A stretch of 64,000 bases of DNA from Spirochaetia bacterium (GTDB taxonomy: Bacteria > Spirochaetota > Spirochaetia > WTKD01 > G963693115): assembly GCA_965226055.1 (NCBI GenBank), contig CBDDCA010000004.1:64001-128000 (forward strand). Reading direction: 5' to 3'. The notes under the pieces were generated by a model. It was given only the letters and a program-made list of their open reading frames with translations. It was not told the origin of the DNA and made no database searches. A program made the translations under genes and the position numbers. Below, piece after piece: positions 1-9,723 of this stretch (positions are counted from its first letter, which is position 1; each line of letters opens with the position of its first letter).

Positions 1-2
1 GA

Positions 3-3000
3 CCCTATAAGAACGGGAGATACTATACGGCAGTAGAGAAAGAAGGAACAACCACCGATAAGCAGACAGAAGCAGTAACAAATGTGGGAGTAGTAGCAGG
101 GCAAACCAGAGTGATAGTAAGCTGGCAAGCACCGCAAGTAGGAGATTATGCAGGAGTAAAGATAACAGTAATGCAAGGGATAACAGTAGTAAAGACAGAG
201 ACGATAAGGAGCAGTAGTGTAAGGAATGCCGAAATAACAGGCTTGGAAGCAGCAACAAAGTACAAAGTGAAAGTCGTATCGCTTGATAGTGCTGATAACG
301 AAGGAGCAGCAGCAGAAAAAGAAGTGACAACGCTCACAAATGCAGATACAGAAGCACCTGATGCCGTAGGAAGTATCACCAGTAGAGTAGTACTTTCAGG
401 AGGCAAGAAAGCGTTGCGTATAGAGTGGGGAGCACCAAATACTACACTTGCGAAAAATCAAGACATAAAAGAATATCTAGTAAGTGTAGCAGAGAAAGAA
501 GCCCCCAATACCGAAGTGTTGCCATCGACAGCAGTGAAGTATCCAGCGACCCGTTTCTATAAAGAAATAGCAAGTTTAGAATCAGGAAAGACCTACGAAG
601 TAAAGATACTGAGTAAAGATTATGCAGGAAACGAGAGTGAAAAAACAGCAGAGGTGACAGTGCCAGCAGCACTGGCAGCCCCCTCAAAGGATGGAGTAGA
701 AGGGATTACGCTTGATAAGAGCGGGGCAATAAGAGCAAAGGTAGCATTTAAGACAGGCCCTGGAAGTAGTATCTATTATCGAGTAAGGATGAACGAAGGA
801 GCAACAGTCGTAGCAGAAAAGAGCATAACAGGAAGTACAAAAGAAGTATACTTTGGGATAGCAGATGGCCTAGAAGTAGCAAGCACAGAAGGAACAGCAA
901 AAGAGTATGGGTTTTTTCTAATAGAAATAAAAGGCGGGCAAGTAAGTCCCGCAACAGACATAGCAAGTACAAAGCTCAAAGTATGGGATAGTGTATCGAC
1001 AGCCCCCCCTATGCCCAGTGGAGCAACCTTGAAAGAAGCACAATCATTTAAGGGGATCTATGAGTTTAGTATAGGAACATTTGGAGCATCGTATAAAACA
1101 CCAGCAGGGACGGAGTTATCACAATCACAAGTAGAGTATAGAGTGTACATAGCAGAAGGAGACCATAGCACCCTAGACGAAATACAAGCAGAAAGCGGAG
1201 TAAGAAGCCGTGTGGTACAAGGAAGCAATAGTGCGACCAAGCACAGTATCACCTTTGCAGGAGAAGACAAAAAGACCTATACGGTAGGAGTAGCAGCGAT
1301 AAATACACTCAATAGCACAAAAGTAGCAAGCGGAACAGCAGGAACAATAAAGAAGCTGACAATGGAAGGAGTACAAGCAGTACCTCCAGCCCAGTCCTTA
1401 GTGAATGATATCTTAGCAGTGAGTAAGTCGCTGACAAAAGAAGGGACAATAAAAATAGAAGTGACCGAGTTGACAGCATTTACCAATGCAATAGATGCGT
1501 CAGGAAATCCGATAACAAGTAATGCAGGGCTGGTATATACCGTATATGGCTTGCAAAAAGATACGAACCCAGCAAATGCACAAGAAGTAGTAAGCAATGG
1601 AAGAAAAGTAGCCATAGGAAGTGCAAGTGGAGGCAAGTATACCCAGGATGGAGTAGATAAATTAGGCTTGACAAGCGAAACACCAAAGGTACAAATAGCA
1701 ATAAAAGGGAAAGCGCAATATCATTTTGTGGTAGAAGTAGCAGTAAAAACAGATACGACCAAGAAAGTATACGGAGCAGTAGAAAGTGTGACAACAGGCT
1801 CGCAAGCAAAAGCACCGCTACAAATTGCAATAAACCCGCTCTTGACAGTAGAGGAAACAAACCCAATACCAACAGGCACGATAGACTTGGAACTCACAGA
1901 GTTGACAGACTTTTCAAGTGCACAAGCAAAAGACGATACAGGAACAGCAATCACCAGTAATGCAGGACTGGTATATACCGTATATGGCTTACAGAAAGAT
2001 ACGAACCCAACAGATAGGCAAGAAGTAATAACAAACGGGAGAAAAGTAGCCATAGGAAATGCAAGAGGCGGCAAGTATACAGTCTCTGGTTTGAGTAAGT
2101 TAGGGCTTACCACAGATGCAGGAGGACAAATAGATATAGTAGAGAGAAAGCAGTATCATTTTGTGGTAGAAGTAGCAATAAAGACAGATGTGGCAAAGAA
2201 AGTAGTAGGAACAATAAAGACGGTAGTACTGTCATCAAAAGCAGTAGCGCCTGCGCAGTCCTTAGTGAACGATATATTAGTGGTGGATACATCAACAACA
2301 GTAGGAGCAGTAAAAGTAGATCTCACAGTATTGACGCAATTTACGAATGCAAAAGATGATGTAGGAGTAGATATTACTAGCAATGCAGGACTTATCTATA
2401 CAGTATATGGACTACAAAAGACAGGAACAGCCCCAAGTATACAGGATATAGTAAACAATAACAAGAAAGTAGCATTAGGAGCAGTAAGTGGCGGAAAGTA
2501 CACAATCAATGCACTCACAACACTCGGAGCAAGTCCCTCAGTAGAAACGATACAAGGCAACAGAGATTACTATTTTGTCGCAGAAGTAGCAGTAAAAACA
2601 GATACAACAAAGAAAGTGTACAGTACTGTAGAGACAGTAAAGACAGCGTCAAAAGCAGTAGCACCTCAGCAGTCCTCAGTGAACGATATATTAGCAGTGA
2701 GTAAATCGACAACAGTAGGAGAAGTAAAGCTAGAAGTAACAGTACTCACGAGCTTTACAGGACTCAAAGCAGACACAGGAGCAGCGATAAACGATAACAC
2801 AGGCCTTAACTACACAGTGTACGGCTTACAGAAAGATACCACACCTACGAAAAATGAAGTACTTGCAGGAAGGAAAGTAGCCATAGGCACAGTAAGTGCA
2901 GGCAAGTATACAGTCAATAGCTTAGATAAGTTAGGGCTCACTACAGACTCTTCAGCACAAGTAGGGATACTTGGCAATAAGCAATATCATTTTGTCGTAG

Positions 3001-6000
3001 AGGTAGCAGTAGCAACAGATACGACTAAGAAAGTAGTAGGCAATATAGAAAGTGTGACGACAGATTCAGAAGCAGTAGCACCATCAGCAGGGGCATTGTC
3101 TGGCAATTTTTCTATGGAACAATCAAGTAGCACAGGAGCCGTAAAGCTCACATTACGAAGATTGACAAGTTTTACAGGACTCAAAGCAGACACAGGAGCA
3201 GCGATAAACGATAACACAGGGCTAAGCTACACAGTGTACGGCTTACAGAAAGATACGAACCCAGCAAATGCACAAGAAGTAGTAAGCAATGGAAGAAAAG
3301 TAGCCATAGGCAGTGCCAGTGGAGCAAACACTGCAGGAGTATACACAGTAGAAGCATTGGATAAGCTAGGATTAACAAGCGATTCAGCAGCACAAGTATC
3401 GCTTGTAGTAGGCAAGCAGTATCATTTTGTAGCAGAGGTAGCAGTGGCAACAGACAAGACAAAAAAAGTATTGAGTACTATAGAGAGCATTACAGTATCA
3501 CCAGCAGTACCGCCAGAACAATCCTTAGTGAACAATATACTATCGCTGGGACAATCAAGCACAGTAGAAAAATTAAAGCTAGAACTCACACAACTGACAC
3601 AGTTTACGAATGCAAAAGACAGTACAGGACAAACAATAACAGATAACAGTAATCTTGTATATACCGTGTACGGCTTACAGAAAGATACGAACCCAGCAAA
3701 TGTGCAAGAGATAGTAAGCAATGGAAGAAAAATAGCCATAGGCACAGTAAGTGGAGGCAAGTACACAGTGGAAGCGTTGGATAAGCTAGGGCTAACAAGC
3801 GATTCAGCAGCACAAATAGACCTAGATGGAGGCAAGAAGTATCATTTTGTGGCAGAGGTAGCAATAGCAAGAGCACCAGGAAAAAGAGTGTACAGTACGG
3901 TACAAAGGATAACAGTGTCTCAAGCAACCCCTCTAAATCAATCAGTGATAGCAGATAACCTCATACTAACAGCAGATTCTGTAGGAGGCATCATTGTGGA
4001 AGTTACTCTGGCCACTGCATTTACTGATGCAAAGAAATTTAATGGAACATCGGTAACTGCAAACAGTGATCTTGAATATAAAGTATATCTGCTAAAAGAT
4101 ACAGGAAGTACACCAACAGCAGCAGAAGTTCGTCAAGGAACAAAAATAAGTGTTTTGGTGGATTTAGTGGAAGGAAAATCTCTTTATTCTGCTAGTAAAA
4201 ATTTCTTTGTGGTGGAACTAAACACAAAGTATCATTTTGTGTTGGAGGTAGAAATAAAATCAGATACAACAAAAACAGTATATAGCAATGTAAAAAACAT
4301 TACCTCAGCAAACAATGTGTCACGAGCAGAAGCTCCCCATAAGGCATTGCTTGCAAATAAGTTAGCAGTATCACAGTCATCCCCAATAGGAGCAATAAAG
4401 CTGGTGTTGACACAGTTGTCTGATTTTGAGTATGGTAGTACTTTTGATAGAGTATATACAAGAGTAGACAGTGGAAAAAGAATAAATAGTAATGAGCATT
4501 TAGAGTATAAGATATTTGGTATTCAACAGGATACAGTGCCTACTGCAAAAGAAGTGATAGATAAGGGATCAGAAATAGCACTTCCTGCACTAAGTGGATC
4601 TACAGTGAAAGGAGGAAGATATACACTAAATGCACTTTCAACAGTAGGCGGATCTTCTATTAAAGGAAAGCAGTATTATTTTGTATTTCAAATAGCAGTA
4701 AAATCTGATCTTACTGCCAAAGTAGTGTCAGATGTGGAAAGTATTCTTGTTGATACCCTTGTTCCTACTGAGGTAAATGCCATTACATTTACTTCAATTT
4801 CAGGAGGAGCTAATGGCACGGCAACAGTACAATGGAATGCTCCTACATTGGGGAATAATTATAAGACAAAGACAGGAACAGCATTGCAAGCCAGTCAAGT
4901 GTCATATAAAGTATATCATGCAGAAAAAGGAGCAACAGCAAGAACAGTAGCACAGATTAAAGCAGCAGATAATAGCCCTATGACAATAGGAGCAAATGTA
5001 AAGACAGCAGGATTGACAAGCCTTAAAGCAGGGGTAAATTACGAAGTAGTAGTACAAGCAGTAAACAGTACCGATACTACAAAAATGTCAGAGGGTAAGA
5101 GGGCAGAGTTTAAGACAGCACAAGGAGCAGCACCTGGTACTCCTACTGTAGCACTAGAAGCAAATGGCAATACAATAGAGGTAGATGTTACTGCACCGAG
5201 TTTTAGAGGAACAAAGACAGATGGTACAGGATTGACAGAAGATGAGATCAACTATACATTATATTACTATGCATCGACAAGTACCTTGACAGCAGCACAG
5301 GTAAAAACACAAGCAGGAACAGCAAGTGATCCAAAGGTAGGAGGAGTAAAAAATGATGTAACATCGAAAGCAATATATGTACTAGACAATCTCAACAAAG
5401 GACAGAAGTACTTTATTACCGTAGAGGCAGTAAATAGCATTGTAAACAATAGATCTGCCCCTACTTCTGCAGAAAGTGTTACCACTGCAACCTTTACTAT
5501 AGAGTTGCAAAATAGTAATAGTACATATACAGTAGGTACTGCTATTACGCCAATAACAATAACAAAAGATCCAAGCAATGCAACATTTAGCTGTACTATT
5601 GATGCACTAACGAAAGAGACAGGCTTACAATTTTCTGTAAGAGATGGTATCACTGGCACGCCTAACAAATCGAATGAGCATGATCCTTTTATCAGAGAGT
5701 ATAAATACACTTTAGTATGTACAGGAACAGGATTGCATGCAGGACAGCAAAGGCGTAGCATTACAATACAAACAGAGCTACAAGCAGTACAAGGAAAAGC
5801 AGCTAATTACTATAGGCCAACGACAAAGAATACGTTGAGAGATATTATAGATGCAGAGGTAAAGGCACAGAATAAACAAGATCCTAATCTTAACATGATA
5901 GATACCAGTGCTATTACTGATATGAATAATTTATTTTCTGATGTAGGTGGTTATAACTATCAATCTCTTAGAAAAAATGCATTTAATGGAGATCTTTCAA

Positions 6001-6581
6001 ATTGGAATACAAGTGAAGTTATAGTTATGGATTATCTGTTTTTTCAATTATTAGTGTTTAATCAGGATATATCGGAATGGGATGTAAGTAATGTCGTTAG
6101 TATGGACTCTATATTTAGAGGTGCTGTGAAATTTAATCAGGATATATCGGAATGGGATGTAAGTAAAGTTACTACTATGGAGTATATGTTTTATGGTGCT
6201 AAAAAGTTTAATCAGGATATATCGCAATGGAATGTAGGTAAAGTTGCTAATATGGATGCTATGTTTGCTGCAGCTTCAGCATTTAATCAGGATATATCAT
6301 CTTGGAAAGTGAGTAATGTTGAGAATATGGACACTATGTTTACTGCAGCTTCAGCATTTAATCAGGATATATCATCTTGGAAAGTGAAGGAAATTGTAGA
6401 CATCGGACAAATGTTTTGGATGGCAGCGAAATTTGATCAAGATTTATCAAGCTGGAATGTATGTACATCGCAAACTTTTAAGAGCTTGAAGGTGTTTAAG
6501 GATACTCCTATGGAGAGTAAAGACGCTCAATACCCAACAGCATTGGATAAAAATACCGATAAAAGATGTTTAGGGTTTTAG
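3..6581 (+). CDS. Giant surface protein/adhesin: FN3-like domains, ~8 tandem ~140-aa repeats, Ig-like domain, C-terminal DUF285/BspA-like 25-aa repeats (5' truncated by window)
   Basis: Frame is open from position 3 (PYKNGRYYTAVEKEG...), so the track's GTG at 84 is not the true start. FN3-type motifs (VSWQAP...ITGLEAATKYKVKV; VQWNAP...LKAGVNYEVVVQAVN) and FNQDISxWxVxxVxxMxxMF repeats at the C-terminus. Confidence 0.85.
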   Translation, partial: PYKNGRYYTAVEKEGTTTDKQTEAVTNVGVVAGQTRVIVSWQAPQVGDYAGVKITVMQGITVVKTETIRSSSVRNAEITGLEAATKYKVKVVSLDSADNEGAAAEKEVTTLTNADTEAPDAVGSITSRVVLSGGKKALRIEWGAPNTTLAKNQDIKEYLVSVAEKEAPNTEVLPSTAVKYPATRFYKEIASLESGKTYEVKILSKDYAGNESEKTAEVTVPAALAAPSKDGVEGITLDKSGAIRAKVAFKTGPGSSIYYRVRMNEGATVVAEKSITGSTKEVYFGIADGLEVASTEGTAKEYGFFLIEIKGGQVSPATDIASTKLKVWDSVSTAPPMPSGATLKEAQSFKGIYEFSIGTFGASYKTPAGTELSQSQVEYRVYIAEGDHSTLDEIQAESGVRSRVVQGSNSATKHSITFAGEDKKTYTVGVAAINTLNSTKVASGTAGTIKKLTMEGVQAVPPAQSLVNDILAVSKSLTKEGTIKIEVTELTAFTNAIDASGNPITSNAGLVYTVYGLQKDTNPANAQEVVSNGRKVAIGSASGGKYTQDGVDKLGLTSETPKVQIAIKGKAQYHFVVEVAVKTDTTKKVYGAVESVTTGSQAKAPLQIAINPLLTVEETNPIPTGTIDLELTELTDFSSAQAKDDTGTAITSNAGLVYTVYGLQKDTNPTDRQEVITNGRKVAIGNARGGKYTVSGLSKLGLTTDAGGQIDIVERKQYHFVVEVAIKTDVAKKVVGTIKTVVLSSKAVAPAQSLVNDILVVDTSTTVGAVKVDLTVLTQFTNAKDDVGVDITSNAGLIYTVYGLQKTGTAPSIQDIVNNNKKVALGAVSGGKYTINALTTLGASPSVETIQGNRDYYFVAEVAVKTDTTKKVYSTVETVKTASKAVAPQQSSVNDILAVSKSTTVGEVKLEVTVLTSFTGLKADTGAAINDNTGLNYTVYGLQKDTTPTKNEVLAGRKVAIGTVSAGKYTVNSLDKLGLTTDSSAQVGILGNKQYHFVVEVAVATDTTKKVVGNIESVTTDSEAVAPSAGALSGNFSMEQSSSTGAVKLTLRRLTSFTGLKADTGAAINDNTGLSYTVYGLQKDTNPANAQEVVSNGRKVAIGSASGANTAGVYTVEALDKLGLTSDSAAQVSLVVGKQYHFVAEVAVATDKTKKVLSTIESITVSPAVPPEQSLVNNILSLGQSSTVEKLKLELTQLTQFTNAKDSTGQTITDNSNLVYTVYGLQKDTNPANVQEIVSNGRKIAIGTVSGGKYTVEALDKLGLTSDSAAQIDLDGGKKYHFVAEVAIARAPGKRVYSTVQRITVSQATPLNQSVIADNLILTADSVGGIIVEVTLATAFTDAKKFNGTSVTANSDLEYKVYLLKDTGSTPTAAEVRQGTKISVLVDLVEGKSLYSASKNFFVVELNTKYHFVLEVEIKSDTTKTVYSNVKNITSANNVSRAEAPHKALLANKLAVSQSSPIGAIKLVLTQLSDFEYGSTFDRVYTRVDSGKRINSNEHLEYKIFGIQQDTVPTAKEVIDKGSEIALPALSGSTVKGGRYTLNALSTVGGSSIKGKQYYFVFQIAVKSDLTAKVVSDVESILVDTLVPTEVNAITFTSISGGANGTATVQWNAPTLGNNYKTKTGTALQASQVSYKVYHAEKGATARTVAQIKAADNSPMTIGANVKTAGLTSLKAGVNYEVVVQAVNSTDTTKMSEGKRAEFKTAQGAAPGTPTVALEANGNTIEVDVTAPSFRGTKTDGTGLTEDEINYTLYYYASTSTLTAAQVKTQAGTASDPKVGGVKNDVTSKAIYVLDNLNKGQKYFITVEAVNSIVNNRSAPTSAESVTTATFTIELQNSNSTYTVGTAITPITITKDPSNATFSCTIDALTKETGLQFSVRDGITGTPNKSNEHDPFIREYKYTLVCTGTGLHAGQQRRSITIQTELQAVQGKAANYYRPTTKNTLRDIIDAEVKAQNKQDPNLNMIDTSAITDMNNLFSDVGGYNYQSLRKNAFNGDLSNWNTSEVIVMDYLFFQLLVFNQDISEWDVSNVVSMDSIFRGAVKFNQDISEWDVSKVTTMEYMFYGAKKFNQDISQWNVGKVANMDAMFAAASAFNQDISSWKVSNVENMDTMFTAASAFNQDISSWKVKEIVDIGQMFWMAAKFDQDLSSWNVCTSQTFKSLKVFKDTPMESKDAQYPTALDKNTDKRCLGF
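1377..4760 (+). repeat. About eight tandem ~420-nt (~140-aa) intragenic repeats
   Basis: Recurrent YTVYGLQKDT...GRKVAIG...YHFVVEVAV.TD.TKKV blocks; first six well conserved, last two degenerate. Confidence 0.85.
5975..6460 (+). repeat. 75-nt tandem repeats encoding DUF285-type 25-aa units
   Basis: tttaatcaggatatatc recurs every 75 nt (~6057, 6132, 6207, 6282, 6357), with degenerate flanking copies. Confidence 0.9.
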
Positions 6582-6607
6582 GGGGATAATCATCCTATAT
6601 AGGAGAC

Positions 6608-6645
6608 AAAAAAGGAATACAAGATGTTCTTGTATTCCTTTTTTT
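6608..6645 (+). terminator. Intrinsic terminator after the giant surface protein
   Basis: aaaaaaggaatacaaga-tgt-tcttgtattcctttttt perfect inverted repeat with T tract. Confidence 0.85.
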
Positions 6646-6712
6646 CTATAATTGAAAGTAATGTCTCATATTGTACCACTAATTAGAGTACTTATAGTAA
6701 AATAATAAAAGT

Positions 6713-7423
6713 ATGTTTTTTATGGTAGCATATCCAATACTTATTCTCTTATTTTTACATGCAAAAGGAACTGTATGTTTTCATAAAATGATACGTATAT
6801 TTTACATAAGTACAATATTTGTATTGCCATTAAGTCCTTTTGTGCTTATTCTTATTCGTTATATGTATAGAAATATAGATTATTTACTGCTCTTTGAAAA
6901 TATTCCTTTTATTCTTATCCATATTGCTGTATTACCTATAGCTCTTGTCCTTATTTTATTTTTTCTGCTTCGTACATTTGTATGGTGGAAATCACAGGAT
7001 ATAATTATTGTGATTATTTTTGTAGAATTGATGATAAATATATCAAATATCGTTATAGGATATTCTTTTTTTAGTTTTGCAGATGTGCTTATTATTCCAC
7101 TAGTAAAAATGGCAAGTATACAGCTATTTATATGTTTTATGCTTTTACAAAACATTACTCTTCATACTGGTAAGATAGCAGATAATACAGCTGCCTCTGT
7201 TCAGTCTAAAGATTCTAATGATGCACTTCTTCTTACTCTATGTAAGAGTACCACCATTGTATGTTTCATAGCTTCGTTTGTAAATTCGGTAGTAGTGATA
7301 TATTTTAGCAATCTTTCATTTTATTTTGCTGCATATGCTTATTCGTTGTTTTCTGTAATAGCTGGTTGGGGTGGCTTAGCGTTATGTTATTATGCAAAAG
7401 GTAAGCTATATAACAATGTATAA
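6713..7423 (+). CDS. Hypothetical multi-pass membrane protein
   Basis: 236-aa ORF with ~6-7 hydrophobic segments; overlaps the start of the next gene. Confidence 0.6.
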   Translation: MFFMVAYPILILLFLHAKGTVCFHKMIRIFYISTIFVLPLSPFVLILIRYMYRNIDYLLLFENIPFILIHIAVLPIALVLILFFLLRTFVWWKSQDIIIVIIFVELMINISNIVIGYSFFSFADVLIIPLVKMASIQLFICFMLLQNITLHTGKIADNTAASVQSKDSNDALLLTLCKSTTIVCFIASFVNSVVVIYFSNLSFYFAAYAYSLFSVIAGWGGLALCYYAKGKLYNNV

Positions 7424-8471
7424 ACTTTCTCTCTTCTTTCTATTGTGTATTTTGGTAATATTGTCATGCTCAGAGAACGCTCCAGAACAGAAAGCACAAG
7501 CAGATACACAAGAAAGCACAAGTACTCAAGATACAGAAGAGCAAAGTACCATATCAAGTGATGATGTTCTTGTAAATGAACAAGATACTAATGCTAGTCC
7601 TTTCAAAAAGAGAATAGCTCATAGTATGGATGTAGCACTTGTAAGCGATCCTTTTTTTCCTGCTATCTTTAATACACTTAATTTTAATAATTTTGAGCTT
7701 TTTTATTATAATGCAATGCGCTTAGGGATGAATGCTCAACTATTTACTTTGCTTGATACTGCATATGATACCACTGCTTTACAAGATACATTTTTAGCAA
7801 GTTATACGCCTCTGAATAATAGAGATATAGGTAATATACTGTATGCAAAAGATATAATTATATCTCCTTTATTGTCTCAGTTTAATCCTGAGTTTGTAAG
7901 CATGCTTCGCAACTATAGAAAAGCTGTGCAAAGAAGTACTCCTCTTGTGTTTTCTATAAAACCAAGAAATAATAGAGAAACAGATCTACAAGTTGATAAT
8001 GCATATGCGTTGCATGCTATGGCAAAAGATATAGCAACCATGTTTATTGATAATGATACATTAGAACGATTAGTTATTTTAGCTGATCTTAAAAATCCAA
8101 TACAGGTATCTGAGAATATTCGTATAGTGTTACAGCATTTATATCAAATTGCCCCTACCATTTCGACTGAGATATTTTGGAAAGCACGGCATTTAGGAGA
8201 AGAACAACAAACTATACAAGATGCTTTTAACCTAAACAGTAGTTCGGTAGTGTTTTTACTTTTTGTGGGGAGTCATCTTGATGTGGTATTACAATATATG
8301 TTTGAGAACAAAAGTCAATGGATAAATAAGGTATTTATAGTGCAAACATGGAAATCAACATTACATTTTTTTGGAAAAGAAGGGATAGTAGTAGCAAGTG
8401 TGGATAACGGATTAGATTCTTTTTTTAGAAAAAAAACATACGCTTATTCTCTCTTAAGGCAATACAAGTAG
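7416..8471 (+). CDS. Hypothetical lipoprotein
   Basis: ATG at 7416 gives MYKLSLFFLLCILVILSC (signal plus lipobox-like Cys) followed by an S/T/E/Q-rich linker. Confidence 0.65.
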   Translation: MYKLSLFFLLCILVILSCSENAPEQKAQADTQESTSTQDTEEQSTISSDDVLVNEQDTNASPFKKRIAHSMDVALVSDPFFPAIFNTLNFNNFELFYYNAMRLGMNAQLFTLLDTAYDTTALQDTFLASYTPLNNRDIGNILYAKDIIISPLLSQFNPEFVSMLRNYRKAVQRSTPLVFSIKPRNNRETDLQVDNAYALHAMAKDIATMFIDNDTLERLVILADLKNPIQVSENIRIVLQHLYQIAPTISTEIFWKARHLGEEQQTIQDAFNLNSSSVVFLLFVGSHLDVVLQYMFENKSQWINKVFIVQTWKSTLHFFGKEGIVVASVDNGLDSFFRKKTYAYSLLRQYK

Positions 8472-8564
8472 TAGTGAAAGTATACGAGAAAGCATTTCTT
8501 TTTGCACTTAGTTTTGAATTGCTATAGAAATTTCAAACTTGAATTTCAAAAAATTTCTGTGAGC

Positions 8565-8594
8565 TTGACATATTTTTAACAATTATTGTATACT
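8565..8594 (+). promoter_or_regulatory. Sigma70-type promoter for the tRNA-secE-nusG cluster
   Basis: TTGACA (8565-8570), 18-bp spacer, TATACT (8589-8594). Confidence 0.65.
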
Positions 8595-8627
8595 ATTACT
8601 AGTATAGTGGCAATTTATATATGAATT

Positions 8628-8700
8628 GCCCTTGTAGCTCAGCTGGTAGAGCACATCCATGGTAAGGATGGGGTCATCGGTTCAAGTCCGATCGAGGGCT
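8628..8700 (+). tRNA. tRNA-Thr(GGT)
   Basis: Cloverleaf: acceptor GCCCTTG/CGAGGGC, anticodon arm CATCC-AT GGT AA-GGATG, T-loop TTCAAGT; CCA not encoded. Confidence 0.97.
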
Positions 8701-8702
8701 TT

Positions 8703-8775
8703 AGGTCAGTAGCTCCAATGGTAGAGCGACGGTCTCCAAAACCGTATGTTGTAGGTTCGAATCCTACCTGACCTG
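8703..8775 (+). tRNA. tRNA-Trp(CCA)
   Basis: Acceptor AGGTCAG/CTGACCT, anticodon arm ACGGT-CT CCA AA-ACCGT, T-loop TTCGAAT; directly upstream of secE. Confidence 0.97.
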
Positions 8776-8802
8776 AATAATAAAGTGATATAAGGTGTAA
8801 GT

Positions 8803-8988
8803 ATGAAAAAAATAAAAACATTTATTAAAGAGTGTATTAGTGAGTTAAAAAAAGCGAGTTGGCCAACAAAGGATGATGTTATTCTTTCTACACGCGTAGT
8901 AGTAATATCTGTAACAGTATTGGCGATTATTTTAGGTTTTGCAGATTATTTTTTATTCTCAAGCCTAAATTTTCTTTTTGGCTTATAA
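8803..8988 (+). CDS. secE: Preprotein translocase subunit SecE
   Basis: ELKKASWPT motif plus one TM helix; lies between tRNA-Trp and nusG. Confidence 0.95.
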   Translation: MKKIKTFIKECISELKKASWPTKDDVILSTRVVVISVTVLAIILGFADYFLFSSLNFLFGL

Positions 8989-9027
8989 TATAGTAATCTA
9001 TTAAATAATAAAATGGAACTGTAAATA

Positions 9028-9582
9028 ATGAGTAAAAAATGGTATGTAGCTCGAGCTGTTTCAGGGCAAGAAAATAAAGTAGTCAATCTTATTCAATCAA
9101 TGAAAGAAACGGGAGATTTTCCTGTTGAAGTCGGAGGTGTTCATATACCGGTAGAAATTATATCTATGTCACGGAAAGGAAAGCAGTATCAACAAAAAAG
9201 AAGGTTGATTCCAGGATATTTTCTTATGGAAATAGATTTTCCTGATGCTGGGTGGCATTCTATGGTTATGTATCTTAGAAATATAGATGGGTTTATTGGT
9301 TTTGCAAGTGTAACAGGAAAAGAAGATAAGCCGCAACCTATCACTGAAGAGGAAGCAAAAGGCTTGCTTGATTACGGCAAAGGAGCTTCAAAAACAACAT
9401 TAGCTGTGAAGCAGTTATATGCAAAGGGAGAAGTAATTAAAATAGTGAAGGGGGCATTTAGCTCTTTTAATGGAACAATAGTAGAAGTTGTGCCAGAATC
9501 AGAGCTGTTGCGAGTAGAAGTTGAAATATTTGGTCGTGTAACTCCCATAGAGTTAGAATACGATCAAGTAGAAAAAATATAA
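9028..9582 (+). CDS. nusG: Transcription termination/antitermination factor NusG
   Basis: KWYV..SGQE, PGY, KOW domain ending in VEIFGRVTPIELEYDQVEK. Confidence 0.97.
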   Translation: MSKKWYVARAVSGQENKVVNLIQSMKETGDFPVEVGGVHIPVEIISMSRKGKQYQQKRRLIPGYFLMEIDFPDAGWHSMVMYLRNIDGFIGFASVTGKEDKPQPITEEEAKGLLDYGKGASKTTLAVKQLYAKGEVIKIVKGAFSSFNGTIVEVVPESELLRVEVEIFGRVTPIELEYDQVEKI

Positions 9583-9621
9583 AATAAAACATGCTAATTT
9601 GCATGGGAGAGAGAAATAAAA

Positions 9622-9714
9622 ATGTGGGAGTTTGTATATAACTAAATGAAAGGCATACTGCTTTGCTTAAATGAGAGCTTTGCTGTTTAGTGAAAAACAA
9701 ACATTGTACCACAT
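9622..9714 (+). promoter_or_regulatory. Putative L1-binding autoregulatory leader of rplK-rplA
   Basis: ATGTGG(GAG)...(A)CCACAT closing helix next to the GGAGG SD, with nested helices GTTTGT/ACAAAC and ACTAAAT/GTTTAGT; resembles known rplK leaders. Confidence 0.55.
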
Positions 9715-9723
9715 GGAGGTAAT

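Noticed and set aside
146-5761. Many antisense ORFs inside the giant surface gene
   Set aside because: Shadow ORFs: the T-poor, repetitive plus strand yields few reverse-strand stops, and the products are low-complexity.
5975-6460. Regularly spaced 75-nt repeats as a possible CRISPR array
   Set aside because: In-frame coding repeats with similar intervening sequence; no cas genes.
8639-8821. 60-aa minus-strand ORF
   Set aside because: It is the antisense of the two tRNA genes.
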